Origin: an uncultured bacterium
GTDB lineage: Bacteria > Margulisbacteria > WOR-1 > CAVSGV01
Direction of reading: 5' to 3'
Length of the DNA stretch: 64,000 bases
NCBI GenBank assembly: GCA_963768305.1
Contig: CAVYHE010000010.1
Coordinates: 43,997 to 107,996, forward strand
A program made the position numbers and the translations under genes. Below, piece after piece: positions 43,695 through 55,696 of the stretch (positions within the stretch are counted from its first letter, which is position 1; each line of letters starts with the position of its first letter). Below the pieces are notes generated by a model, which was not told where the DNA came from, searched no databases, and saw only the letters and a program-made list of their open reading frames with translations.

Positions 43695-44216
43695 TTACTC
43701 CGTCATGGTGAACATGACAATGGTCGTGTAATTCCCCGGTTTTACTTCTTCGGGCACATGGAGCCTGAATTTGAACTTGTTCGCGATCCTGCTCGCATTT
43801 GCGGATTCAGTCGCCGTGCTTACATAAGCAGCGCTGTTATCCGCAAGATTTTTTTCCTGAGCTCCGTTCCAGGTACCGGTCCCTTCGCTGGAGCCGTACC
43901 AGGTGAAATTTTCGTTCGGTATCAGATCGCTACCGGACGTGAGCGGCTTTACAGCCGCGACTTTAAGGTACCACGGATTGCCGCTGCTGGACGTGCCGGT
44001 CACGGTAATGCCGTCCGCCCTGGTCATTTCCCCGGTCTGTTTGGCTGCCAAGCGGGCAAAATCAAAAGAATCGGAATTCACGGAAAGGTTAAAAGCCCCC
44101 TGAACCGTGACTGTGGCGGTGATAATATTGGTAGTCTGCAGTGCATAGATCCCCGGGCACGCAATGCTCAATGAAAAAATACCAATTAGCAGACAGACAG
44201 TAGATTTCATTTTCAT
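43695..44216 (-). CDS. Small secreted WxL/pilin-like protein
   Basis: Signal peptide, GNPWYLKV and C-terminal strand PGNYTTIVMFTMTE. Confidence 0.6.
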   Translation of the reverse strand: MKMKSTVCLLIGIFSLSIACPGIYALQTTNIITATVTVQGAFNLSVNSDSFDFARLAAKQTGEMTRADGITVTGTSSSGNPWYLKVAAVKPLTSGSDLIPNENFTWYGSSEGTGTWNGAQEKNLADNSAAYVSTATESANASRIANKFKFRLHVPEEVKPGNYTTIVMFTMTE

Positions 44217-44220
44217 ATAT

Positions 44221-45237
44221 TTACTCCGTCATCGTAAGTTGGATCGTCGAAATGTATTTGCCGCCCGGTTGTCCCGGCGGGATGGTCAATTTTAGCTTTA
44301 AATGATTATTGGTGCCATCAGGAAGATTATTGGTTTCCGTCATGCTGCTTGCGTACATCAGGGAGGGCACAAACGTGAAGGCGTTGGTGCCGTTGCCGTA
44401 CCAGGTCCCTTTTCCGTCGGACCAGCCGTACCAGATCAGGTTTGAATTAGGGATGACATAAGGACCGGCGCTGAGAGGGGAGGTGTCCGATATTTTAAGG
44501 AACCAGGGATTCCCATCGTTCGTCTTGCTGGTAATGATTATCCCTTCCGGCGGCACGTTGTCTTTTGTTTCTCCGGGTTTCATGGTCGTAAAATCCGCTG
44601 TGCCCCTGTCAGCAGAGAGTGTGAAAACGCTGCCTATCTGGACGGAAATAGGGGTGGAACCGGAGATCAAGCCCACTTGATAATAGATCGTCCCCGTGTA
44701 TGTTCCTGGTGCCTGATTATCCGGGACCAGAATAGCGAATAAAAATTGAGACTGACCTATTTTTGTGGCCGCAGATTCCGCCACAGTGCTTGTATAGACC
44801 ACGGTCGGCGCCAATGAAAAAGGCTGATATTTTTGAAAACCGCTCGCATATGTTCCGGCTCCTGCCGCACTGGAAGAGGCGCCAGAGTCGTATATGTTCA
44901 CATATGAGAGCATATAACGCATATTTGAGACCGGAATGGTTTTCCCGTTAGATGAACAAAGAAGAGGTGCCGCCAAACTAATAGAAACGCTGTAAACACT
45001 TCCACCGGGAGTAAAGTTCAATTGGTTGCAGTATGAGCCGCCGTTTTTGTAGGTCCTTGGAGCTTCCTTCCAATTATTAGTCGGGTCCAAAGGGATCGCA
45101 CCGGTTATCGATATCAACGAGCCTGTTGTGCTGGTCCCCGGAGGATCTATTGTTAACGACGCGCAATATGTTTGCGAGGCCAGAATTATGGCAAAAGTGA
45201 AAGCTAAGATAATGCCATATAACAACCTGGTGCGCAT
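44221..45237 (-). CDS. Two-domain secreted WxL/pilin-like protein
   Basis: Domain 1 ends APGTYTGTIYY. Domain 2 aligns with 43695-44216 (GNPWFLKI, IPN.N..WYG.S.G.GTW, GGKYISTIQLTMTE). Confidence 0.6.
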   Translation of the reverse strand: MRTRLLYGIILAFTFAIILASQTYCASLTIDPPGTSTTGSLISITGAIPLDPTNNWKEAPRTYKNGGSYCNQLNFTPGGSVYSVSISLAAPLLCSSNGKTIPVSNMRYMLSYVNIYDSGASSSAAGAGTYASGFQKYQPFSLAPTVVYTSTVAESAATKIGQSQFLFAILVPDNQAPGTYTGTIYYQVGLISGSTPISVQIGSVFTLSADRGTADFTTMKPGETKDNVPPEGIIITSKTNDGNPWFLKISDTSPLSAGPYVIPNSNLIWYGWSDGKGTWYGNGTNAFTFVPSLMYASSMTETNNLPDGTNNHLKLKLTIPPGQPGGKYISTIQLTMTE

Positions 45238-45247
45238 TTATTTGTTT

Positions 45248-45964
45248 TTACTTAACTGCCAGAGAAACGTTGTCTATGTTGAAATTGATATTGCCTGACT
45301 TTTTCGGGCCGATAAAGATCAGCTGCATCTGGATGAGCCCGCCGGAACCGCCGGTCTGCTCAGGATTCCAGATATCATCGCCCACGCCGGGATTGTCGTC
45401 GGTGAAATCGGAGATCGGGATCGACACTCTTTTCCAGCCTCTCCAATCGACGATTATGTTGTAAACGAATTCATCATCGTACATTGGCGCATAGTTCTTT
45501 TTCGGGTCCTGTTCTATCTGCCAATTTCCGTTGTCATCATCGTACAGCTCTACCTTGATCGTTCCCGAGCCGGGGCCGTTGCCGTAAACATCCATTTGAT
45601 AATAATTGTATTTTGAGAGGTCCACGCTTTTCCTTGCGAGATAGCTTCCTATCCCGCCGCAGTACCATTCTTTGCAGGTGCCTTCGAGATTGAGCGAGAA
45701 TTTCTTTATCTCGCCCAGGGAGACCGGGTCGCCGTCCTGATAATCCTTGTTATCAACGACCTTTGCGACGATATTATCAAATTTCCACCATTCGGGGTTT
45801 GCCGTGTAATCGCCGTCTTCGAAATCATCTATCATGTAGACACTGGGGAGATTACTGTTACCTGCGCTTGTGCCTGAAGGGGCGGGGCCTCCAAAACCGC
45901 ATACCATCAATCCGAGTAATACGATGCCGACTCCGAGGAATATTGTGTTAACATGCTTTTTCAT
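45248..45964 (-). CDS. Secreted carbohydrate-binding-module protein (CBM11/galactose-binding-like)
   Basis: IDDFEDG, DLSKYN, DWRGWKRVSIPISDF and NIDNVSL. Confidence 0.65.
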   Translation of the reverse strand: MKKHVNTIFLGVGIVLLGLMVCGFGGPAPSGTSAGNSNLPSVYMIDDFEDGDYTANPEWWKFDNIVAKVVDNKDYQDGDPVSLGEIKKFSLNLEGTCKEWYCGGIGSYLARKSVDLSKYNYYQMDVYGNGPGSGTIKVELYDDDNGNWQIEQDPKKNYAPMYDDEFVYNIIVDWRGWKRVSIPISDFTDDNPGVGDDIWNPEQTGGSGGLIQMQLIFIGPKKSGNINFNIDNVSLAVK

Positions 45965-46003
45965 GATCTCCTCCTTTGATAGGCAAAACGTACAGAAAGC
46001 GAA

Positions 46004-46032
46004 ATATTACCATAAAAACCTGAATTTGTCAA
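46004..46032 (-). promoter_or_regulatory. sigma70 promoter heading the CBM-WxL operon
   Basis: Minus strand TTGACA-N17-TAATAT. Confidence 0.6.
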
Positions 46033-46057
46033 ATATGACAAGCGAAACAGCATAGGA

Positions 46058-47682
46058 TCATTCTTCGAATTTCAGAACGCCCCACACATCCGGGTCCTTG
46101 TAATACATGTAATCGCCGCTCCAAACGAATTGGATCTTTCTTTCCCATGTCTGGTCCGCGTCGTCAACCGCGATGTCAAAAGCCATGGTATCGCCGGTTT
46201 TAGGCGCAATTGTTGCGATCTCGCTCCACGGGACCTTTGCTTCCAGGACATAGCCGGTCGGGCTGAACGATTTTGTGACCATTATCTGGCCGCTGGAATT
46301 CCTGTTCTTTTGCCATATCCATATGGAGGGTTTATTTGCCATCCCGTCGCCGGTTCCGAGCCCTATCTGATAGTTCGGTATGACCATTTCGATCGCGTCG
46401 CCGTTCCAGATATCTCCGTTCGTCTTGCTGTTGACCATCGGGAAGTTATCCGTCACCTTCGCGTATACATATATGAACTGCCTCGTCCCACATCAGGTAA
46501 ATCTTCGCGCTCAGGTCCTTGGGCCCGCTCCAGTCCCGACCTTCTTTTAGGAACGCGTCCTGTCCATGATTATCGGCACAGACTTTGAGAACGGCGCAAA
46601 ATCGCCGTCGATGACGATCGGGACCGCCGTCTTTTTTGCTATAGCGACGGACTTTTCAGCCGAGACTGTTTCAGTGGAAATTTCATTTAGCCCTGCCGTA
46701 GAGGTAAGGAAATACGGATCCTTCAATATCGCCTTGTACGCATCCTCGGTGTTCAGGCAGGAAGTGGCTCTCCAGTCGCATTCTTTCTTCAGGTCGAAGA
46801 GAACGATCGCTTTCACCTGCGTCATGCTTATCTTCAGGTCGGCGGGGATATCCTTGATCCATTCCGCCTTGTCGCCGCCTTGTTCGGCCGAGCCGAACTC
46901 GGCGATCATGACCGGCTTTTTCGGGATGCTTTTTCGGGCTTCCCTTACCTGGTCGCGGAACATTTCCTTGAAAGATCTGCCAGTCGCTCCAGCTCTGGGT
47001 CGTCCCCCAGTTATAGCCGTCTATCCCGATCCAGTCCACGTAGTCGTCGCCGGGATAGGCCTAGTCCCAGTCGTTCCAGCTCTCGTTCGGGGATCGGGTA
47101 ATTGTTGAAGCACCAGATCCACTTGATGTTGGTCGCGCCGGCTTTGGTGAAAATATCATGAACGTGGCGGAAAGCTTTGACGTATTTTTGCGGGTCCTTG
47201 CCGTTATTGACTATTCCCCACGGATATTTTTCCATGTTGAACTCGTGGCCCCACCTTATGAAGATCGGTTTTCCCGAAAGCGTCGGCATCCTTCGCCCAT
47301 TTTTCATATATTCGTCCCATTCGCCGTTGATGATATTGTCCAGTTTGATCTTTTCCTCATCGCCCCAGATCCACGGCTCCCAGACGATGTGCGGGACGGC
47401 GCCGTAATTGTATACGTTTGTCGCAGTCGTTTGCAGGGAAATCAGAGGACTAGTCCAGGTACCACATGACCATGGCGGGCTTTTTCTTGAACGTCTTTTC
47501 AAAGCTGTTATGAAGGCCATGTTCTGCGGGGCGCCTTCCCTGAAAACCCCCAGATAACAGCCGCTTATCTGAAGATGCGCTCCGCTGGAGGCACGTCCAA
47601 TCGGTTGCGAAAGACCCAGAGAACTATCCTCCGGCCAGGAACAATAAAACTAATAAGGAACAAACATAGATCGCTTCATCAT
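46058..47682 (-). CDS. GH26 glycoside hydrolase with C-terminal CBM9-like domain (many apparent frameshifts)
   Basis: PHIVWEPW, IFIRWGHEFN (acid/base), DWIGIDGYNWG, KPVMIAEFG (nucleophile), then WNGDAIE..GYVLEAKVPW..FDIAVDDAD. Confidence 0.8.
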
Positions 47683-47694
47683 TTTACCCCTTTC

Positions 47695-49503
47695 TTATCC
47701 TTTAACCGCTCCGGCCGTCAGCCCTTTAATAATATATTTCTGAAGCATGAAGAACAAGACCATGACCGGGATGGTGGCGACCGTTGCCGCCGCCATCATA
47801 AGGTCGAACCTGTTCTGATAGTTGCCCACGAAAAGCCTTATGCCTACCGGGATGGTCATCGTGTCGGCAGTTGCACAGCACCCAGGCGAACATGAGCTCG
47901 TCCCATGCGGTCAGGAAAACGTAAACGCCGGTGGCGATTATCCCCGGAATCGCCAGCGGAAGGACGATGTACCAGAAGACCTGCATCTGGGAGCATCCGT
48001 CTATTCTGCGCCGCTTCCTCCAGCTCTTTCGGGATCGCCGCGAAGAACCCTCTCAGTATCCAGATGCTGAAAGGGATGAAGAACGCCGAATAGATCAGTA
48101 TGATGCCGGGGAACGTCCCTTTAGAGGGAATGCCGGTCAGGTCGTTGAACTTAACGAACATTATATATATCGGTATCAGGTACATGATCGCGGGGATCAT
48201 CTGGGTGGCCAGTATCAGGTTGCTGAAAAGGTCGGAGCCCGGGGAACTTGAAGCTTGAAAAAGAATATGCCGCCATCGTGGCGAAGATCATGGCTATCAG
48301 CATGGAAGTGCCGCAGATTATGAGCGAATTCCTCAGATACAGCCCGAAGTCGATGTTATGCCACATGTCGACATAATTTCTCCATCTCACGATGGAATGC
48401 CCCGGGCTAAGCTTTAACCATTTTGTGACACTTGCTTTTGTCGGATCAAAATATGACACTCTTCCGTTAGTTGATCCCAATATCAATGTATCGCCGTCCT
48501 TCAAGATGGATAGGACATCGCCGGGAACGAATTCCTTGTTATTTTGGTCGCTGGAATAGAACAGCTTGTCGAAATTCTTTATTTCACCGGTCGACCTGTT
48601 CAGTATCGAAAGCCCTTGATTCGTCCCGAACAGTAATTGCTCGCCGTAGATCTTTATCTGGCCCACCTGATCGGAAATAAGGCCGTTATTGGACGAATAT
48701 CTTCTCACGACCCTTCCCAAGTACGGGTCAAAGTCCAACGCGCCTACGGACGTGCCAAGAAGAATTCTTCCGTCATGCGGCACTATCCTCCAGACCTTCG
48801 CCGTTATGGATTGCGCCTCAAGAGGGTAAGCGTGGAGTATCTTGCCGGTGCCAAGGTCCAGGGATATGAGTCCCTTATCGCCGCCCACAAAAAGTTTATT
48901 GTCGAATTTTGAAATGGTCAGCACCTGAAAAGGCGTAAGATCGCTTTTAATGTCGATCAATCTCATGAATTTATTCATACTGACGTCAAATTCCAGGACG
49001 CCTTCAAACCCTTTTGATTCAAGGCTCAGCCATATTTTATCGCCTTCTTTAAATATCACGCTGGAAGCGATCTTGTTCACATCAACTCCGGAAAGCGGGT
49101 ACTTGTACGAAGCCGATTTTTTAAGGTCTGTTTTCCTTACCCTGGAGAGCCCTTTATTTGAAGTGGCTATCCAGATGTATTTGTCGTCAAAAGCGAAGGA
49201 AGTCGCGGAGGATTTTATGGACCTGCTTTTTATTATGGTCCCGTTCCTGTCCAGAAGCGTTACTTTCCCGTCCGCGCTGCCGAAATAAAATTTATCCTGG
49301 TCCTTATCCATCGTGATAACATCGTTGCTTGCCTTGGAGAGGAAAATCTTTCCCGTCAGGATATCCGTGTTGTCTTTTACTGATGAATAGACCATCCAGA
49401 ATATCGGAAAAAGAGTGATGATCAGGAACACGACCATGAAGACATCGGTGATGCGCTTAATTATCCTTTGTTTCGTGTAATATGACAGCTGGAAATTTAT
49501 CAT
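47695..49503 (-). CDS. Carbohydrate ABC permease (MalG-like) with a large beta-propeller insertion (frameshifts in the 3' part)
   Basis: LFPIFWMVYSS, a ~320 aa insert, then WRNYV..YLRNS, IPKELEEAA, IVLPLAIPG, FLTAWDE and QKYIIKGLTAGAVKG*. Confidence 0.8.
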
Positions 49504-49504
49504 T

Positions 49505-49525
49505 AAATCCTAAATTCTAAATCCT
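49505..49525 (+). repeat. Short heptamer tandem repeat
   Basis: AAATCCT-AAATTCT-AAATCCT. Confidence 0.5.
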
Positions 49526-49561
49526 GAACGATCGTTAATTATCAAAATCCGGATTTTCAGG

Positions 49562-50110
49562 TTAAAGTATCTTGATAGACGCGAAAACCCACAAAATACC
49601 GATAACAATGATAACAATTAATGCGGCGAGTATCAACCCGAAAGTTTTTTCATCGTCGCGGGAGGGGAGATCAAAGTCTATTTGATGTATGGATGAGTCC
49701 AGCATGTTCACCAACAATATGCCGTATGGCTTGTAAGCGAATTTATATTCCAGAAGCTGCCTTCTGGTGGACGGCTCATTGGGATCGGAAACCATCTCTC
49801 CTGCTTTTACTTCCGCCACGTATCTCTTGCCGTTCTTCTCCACAATGAAATCAGCTTTTACATAGCCCATATTCGGCTTTCCGTCTATGTAAGTAAGTAT
49901 GTCAGCGCGCTTTTGCTTGTCGATTATCCTGAACCCTCTTTCCTTTAGCAAAGCCTCCGCTTCTTCTTCCGAAAAACGGGCTGCTTCCACCCTTCTGGAC
50001 ATTTTCAGGCTCAGGAGCGCGCGGCTGGCAAAAAGAAATACAAGAAAGCTGATGACCGCTCCGCCGATGGCGGAGAACACTATCATCATAATAATGTAAG
50101 TAGATGTCAT
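49562..50110 (-). CDS. Membrane-anchored PD-(D/E)XK nuclease-fold protein
   Basis: N- and C-terminal TM helices flank E..A..LL...GF, ADFIV..YVAEVK and RRQLLEY. Confidence 0.6.
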   Translation of the reverse strand: MTSTYIIMMIVFSAIGGAVISFLVFLFASRALLSLKMSRRVEAARFSEEEAEALLKERGFRIIDKQKRADILTYIDGKPNMGYVKADFIVEKNGKRYVAEVKAGEMVSDPNEPSTRRQLLEYKFAYKPYGILLVNMLDSSIHQIDFDLPSRDDEKTFGLILAALIVIIVIGILWVFASIKIL

Positions 50111-50840
50111 TTATGTCAGCCTCAGGTGCATGAAAAATTCAATGTTCCCGTCACGTCCAGTGATAGGAGATGTTGTTTGTCCTAAAAACTTATAACCCAA
50201 GGCTTCTGCTCCGGCTTTCGTGTTTTTAAGGACCAATTCATGCACTTTCTTGTCCCTTATCACGCCGCCTCTCGGGACTTCGCCTTTGCCGGCTTCGAAC
50301 TGCGGCTTTACCAATGTTACCACATCGCCGCCGTCTTTTAAAATGCCCGATATCGCCGGAAGTATCTTTAGTATTGATATGAAGGAGACATCCATAACCA
50401 CAAGATCGACATGTTCTAGATCGTCGGCAGTCAGTTCCCGGGCGTTTTTCCTCTCGATGACGACAACCCTTTTGTCCTGCCTCAGTTTCCAGGCGAACTG
50501 GCCGTAGCCCACGTCGATCGCGTAAACTTTTTTCGCGCCTCTCTGAAGGAGGCAATCCGTGAAGCCTCCGGTTCCCGCGCCGATATCCGCGGCAATAAGG
50601 CCTTTGACATCGACCTTGAAGTCATCCAGCGCTTTTTCCAGCTTCAATCCGCCCCTGCTGACATAGGGCATGGCGTCTCCCAGGATCCTTATATCCGACA
50701 GTCTCATCGACTTTAATGCCGGGCTTTTCGATCTTTTGTCCGTCCACGAGGATGAGTCCTGCTATGATGGCGGCTTGCGCTCTTGTTCTGGATTCAAACA
50801 GGCCTTTTTCGGCGAGGAGCTCATCAAGGCGAAGTTTCAC
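50111..50840 (-). CDS. tlyA: TlyA-family rRNA 2'-O-methyltransferase (frameshift near 50705)
   Basis: S4 domain RLDELL, YVSRGGLKL, DIGAGTGGFTD, DVSFIS, LVKPQFE and GNIEF. Confidence 0.92.
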
Positions 50841-51858
50841 ATCTGATCTTTGTTTCCTTCAGGAATTTTGCGGCTTCTTCGGGGATGACGGTATTAATGT
50901 ATATGCCGGTGCCGATCTCGAATCCCGCCACCTGCGCGACGCGGGGCATGATCTGGATGTGCCAGTGGAAATATTCCAGGTCTTCTTCGTGGCATGGCGC
51001 CGAAAGGATCATGAAATTATATGCCGGATTATTGAGCGCTTTGTGCAGCTTTGCCAAGGACCTTCCTCATGACAAATCCCAGTTCTTTTGTGTCGGGCGT
51101 CGGAAATGTGCTCATAAGAAGAAGCGTGCTTTTTCGGCAGCACCCATATCTCGAACGGGGATCTTGCGGCGAACGGGACAAAAGCCAGCGAAATTATCAG
51201 TTTCAAGCACGATCCTTCGCGATTTGTCCAGTTCCTTTTTCAATACTTCGCAATATACGCAGGCGCCATTATCGTCAAAATATCTCATCGCTTCTTCCAT
51301 GTAATGCCTGATGTGGTTCGGCGTTATCGGAGTGGCGATGATCTGTGAGTGAGGATGTCTTATCGACGTCCCGGCTTCCCGTCCGTGGTTCTTGAATATC
51401 AGGATCATTTCGAACCTAGGATCTTTTTTCAGCGCTGAGTATCTTTCCCTGTACGCAAGAAAGATCTCTTCCACCTGTTTCTGGTCCATTGTCGCCAACG
51501 ATTTGTCATGGTCCGGGCCTTCGATCACGATCTCATGATCCCCGACGCCATCCATGTACCTGAAATAATCCTCGAATTTGATCCTTTTGACGTTGCCGGT
51601 CGGCACGAGCGCGGGGAATTTATTCGGGACGACCCTGATCCACCATCCGGGAGAGTCAGGTTTTGTTCCGTAAGTCCTGAAAGCGAAAAGTTCGCCGGGA
51701 GTCAGTGATCCTCATTGCCCGGGCAAAAGGGCAGATGGTTCTTTGCCTCATCGGACTCCTTGTCATCGGGAGTAAGGAATTCTTCCGGCCGTTTTGCGCG
51801 CTCGGTCGCGATGATGACCCATTCTTTTGTCGCCGGAGTTCTGTCTTAGTTGCGGCAT
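50824..51858 (-). CDS. galT: Galactose-1-phosphate uridylyltransferase (several apparent frameshifts)
   Basis: MPQLRQN..EWVIIATERAKRP, CPFCPG, VVPNKFPAL, FKNHGREAGTSIRHPHSQ, FHWHIQIMPR and AGFEIGTG. Confidence 0.9.
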
Positions 51859-51933
51859 GAAATTATTATAGCATAAATATTTACTTTTCAAGATTCACAA
51901 TTATATTGATGCCGATCTATCCGAAAATTATCC

Positions 51934-51962
51934 TTGACAGAAATGGCTAAATTGAATATAAT
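51934..51962 (+). promoter_or_regulatory. Consensus sigma70 rRNA promoter
   Basis: TTGACA-N17-TATAAT. Confidence 0.85.
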
Positions 51963-52012
51963 CCCAGCCCTGCAATAGATTAGCGTTTATTGCAATATCC
52001 TCTTGACGGATA

Positions 52013-52027
52013 TGTTCTTTGAAAACT
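52013..52027 (+). promoter_or_regulatory. rrn antitermination boxA / 5' arm of the 16S processing stem
   Basis: TGTTCTTTGAAAACT. The leader is complementary to the trailer at about 53739-53772. Confidence 0.7.
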
Positions 52028-52148
52028 AAGCAGGTCAAAGATGTGGGCATCTTTGTCTTTTCTAAATTTATGCCCTTTGAAATTTGAAGGGTTGTTCTGC
52101 GACCTCACGGTCGCGGCGACAGTATTTATTATAGAGTTAAGGATAAAC

Positions 52149-53657
<1,509 letters not shown>

Positions 53658-53784
53658 TAAGGAGAAATCCTGAGCGAAGATGAAATTTAGATTCATTTGT
53701 CGTTTCATATTTTTCTATCGGGATCGTTAGATGTCTAATGTCCGCATCTCCCTGTTTAGTTTTGAAAGCATATCAAAGGATAAG

Positions 53785-53829
53785 AAAAAATTAAGGCCTA
53801 TAACTCAATTTGAGCTATAGGCCTTTTTT
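53785..53829. terminator. Bidirectional intrinsic terminator after 16S
   Basis: A-run, AAGGCCTATAaCTCA / TGAGcTATAGGCCTT stem, then T-run. Confidence 0.8.
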
Positions 53830-53852
53830 GTTTGATTAACAGCGGAACAACG

Positions 53853-54332
53853 TCAGCTGGAGTGCTTGCTCCTGAGAGCGGGGATGGACATCTGGACGAA
53901 CATCTCATCTTCCATGTCCATGAACTGCTGCGCGTGTTCAATGATATATTTTTCCACATCGTCCCTGTCCAGCGATACTCCCCTCAGCTTTGCGGTATCA
54001 ATGATCCTGTTCGAGATAAATCTTACCTTTTGAGCGGAGGTCACATAATTGGCTCGCGGTGTTTCGGGGATCCTGTTGATCCGTATGGAATCGCTCAATA
54101 TTTCTCCGCGAGTCCTTTCTATGAAGAGCAGCGAGGGCTGAGCAGACTGATCTGCCGCTTCCTTAAGCGCTGAATCTGACTCGGCGACCTGCTGCAATCG
54201 TTCCGGCTTGAAATACTTCTGGTCCAGGGCAAGCTTTTTGACGCCAAAGTCCTGCGCCTCGGGTTTGCCGACCGTGAATCTTGAAAAGATCCCCTTTATC
54301 CCGCCTTCCACTCCCCTCATTCCCTTTTCCAT
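53853..54332 (-). CDS. Hypothetical protein
   Basis: GGAGGGGG SD before MEKGMRG. No recognised motif. Confidence 0.55.
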   Translation of the reverse strand: MEKGMRGVEGGIKGIFSRFTVGKPEAQDFGVKKLALDQKYFKPERLQQVAESDSALKEAADQSAQPSLLFIERTRGEILSDSIRINRIPETPRANYVTSAQKVRFISNRIIDTAKLRGVSLDRDDVEKYIIEHAQQFMDMEDEMFVQMSIPALRSKHSS

Positions 54333-54401
54333 ATATACCCCTCCCCGGATAAACAATGCTGGTGCGGTGAAAGTTATGCGCTTCCACTCCCCTCTATATA
54401 T

Positions 54402-54428
54402 ATATCGTCAAAAGAGGCGGAAAATTTC
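54402..54428 (-). promoter_or_regulatory. sigma28/FliA-like promoter
   Basis: Minus strand GAAA-N15-GACGATAT. Confidence 0.55.
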
Positions 54429-54469
54429 AACAATGGAAGAGCAAAGCAGTTTCTGATAAAATACATGAA

Positions 54470-55660
54470 ATGTTGAAACGCTTACTGTTCGGCACGTTCA
54501 TAGCGGCTGTCCTGGCATCCTCGGCATCCGCCTATTCGCTGCTTGATTACTTTACAGACCACACAAAGCCGATAATATCCAGCGAGTTCAGGACCGACCA
54601 GTACCACAAGGGAAAGGTGACCGTCCCATTCCTGATAACTGAGGATGAGACCTCAGTAAGGGGAGTTTCCGTGTACCTTGATAAGGCTGACGTGACAAAG
54701 GACGTCAAATTCGGCGTTGGATATTCAAAGAACAAATACACCTTTGATTCAGAGGAGCTTAGGGACGGGCCACACATCCTTACAATTATTGCGGAGGATT
54801 CCTCCAGGAGCAAGAACCGGGCTATTCAGGAAATGACCATCAACATCGACAACAATCCGCCGCTGGTAAGGTTTGTTAAGGGGGGCGGTGAGTTTGCCCA
54901 GGCGAAAACAGGCATCATCTATTTCTATACGAGCGAGCCAGACGTCACTATAGAAGGGGTTTTCCAGGGTAAGGATTTCCGCGCTTACAGGTACGGCAGA
55001 AAGCTGGACAGGGCCGTCATCGGGTTCAGCATTGACGATCCGGCTAACGTCAAATATCCCATGTGGATAAGGGCGACGGACAGGGCGGGCAATATCAGCG
55101 AGTACCGATATAAGATATTCGTGGCAAAGTCACCCTTCAGGACGGTAAGCTTTATTTTAAAACCAAAGAAAGCAGTGATGCTCATGCCTGACACCATCAG
55201 GTTGGACTGGAAGAGCATTGAGGATGTAGTGGTAAAAGAGAATGACAACAAATATTTCCGGGGCGGGTTCATTTTCCCTACCAAGGGAAGGGTAACTATG
55301 CTGTTCGGGACTAAGGAGATCATGAACGGGGAGGAGTCGGGGAGGCATAGGGGACTGGACATAGCCAATGAAAAGGGAACGCCCGTCTGGGCATCAAATT
55401 CCGGGATTGTTCGCCTGTCTGAGAGGCTTCCCGCTCACGGGAACTGCGTTGTCATAGACCACGGGCAGGGCATTTACACTTATTACGCGCACCTGAGCAA
55501 GCTCTTAGTAAATGCGGGGACTTGGATAAACAAGGGGCAGATACTCGGGCTTATGGGTATGACGGGGGTCGCTACCGGCCCGCACCTGCACTTTTCTGTC
55601 AGCCTGCATAACCTGAGGGTGGATCCCCAGCCATGGCTTGACGGAGTGGTGACGAATTAG
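54470..55660 (+). CDS. Secreted M23 metallopeptidase with N-terminal Ig-like domains
   Basis: Signal peptide, HRGLD, GNCVVIDHG, YAHL, GMTG.ATGPHLHF and VDP. Confidence 0.9.
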   Translation: MLKRLLFGTFIAAVLASSASAYSLLDYFTDHTKPIISSEFRTDQYHKGKVTVPFLITEDETSVRGVSVYLDKADVTKDVKFGVGYSKNKYTFDSEELRDGPHILTIIAEDSSRSKNRAIQEMTINIDNNPPLVRFVKGGGEFAQAKTGIIYFYTSEPDVTIEGVFQGKDFRAYRYGRKLDRAVIGFSIDDPANVKYPMWIRATDRAGNISEYRYKIFVAKSPFRTVSFILKPKKAVMLMPDTIRLDWKSIEDVVVKENDNKYFRGGFIFPTKGRVTMLFGTKEIMNGEESGRHRGLDIANEKGTPVWASNSGIVRLSERLPAHGNCVVIDHGQGIYTYYAHLSKLLVNAGTWINKGQILGLMGMTGVATGPHLHFSVSLHNLRVDPQPWLDGVVTN

Positions 55661-55696
55661 GAAAGGGCAATTGAGGGCAAGACAAGAGGGGATGGA

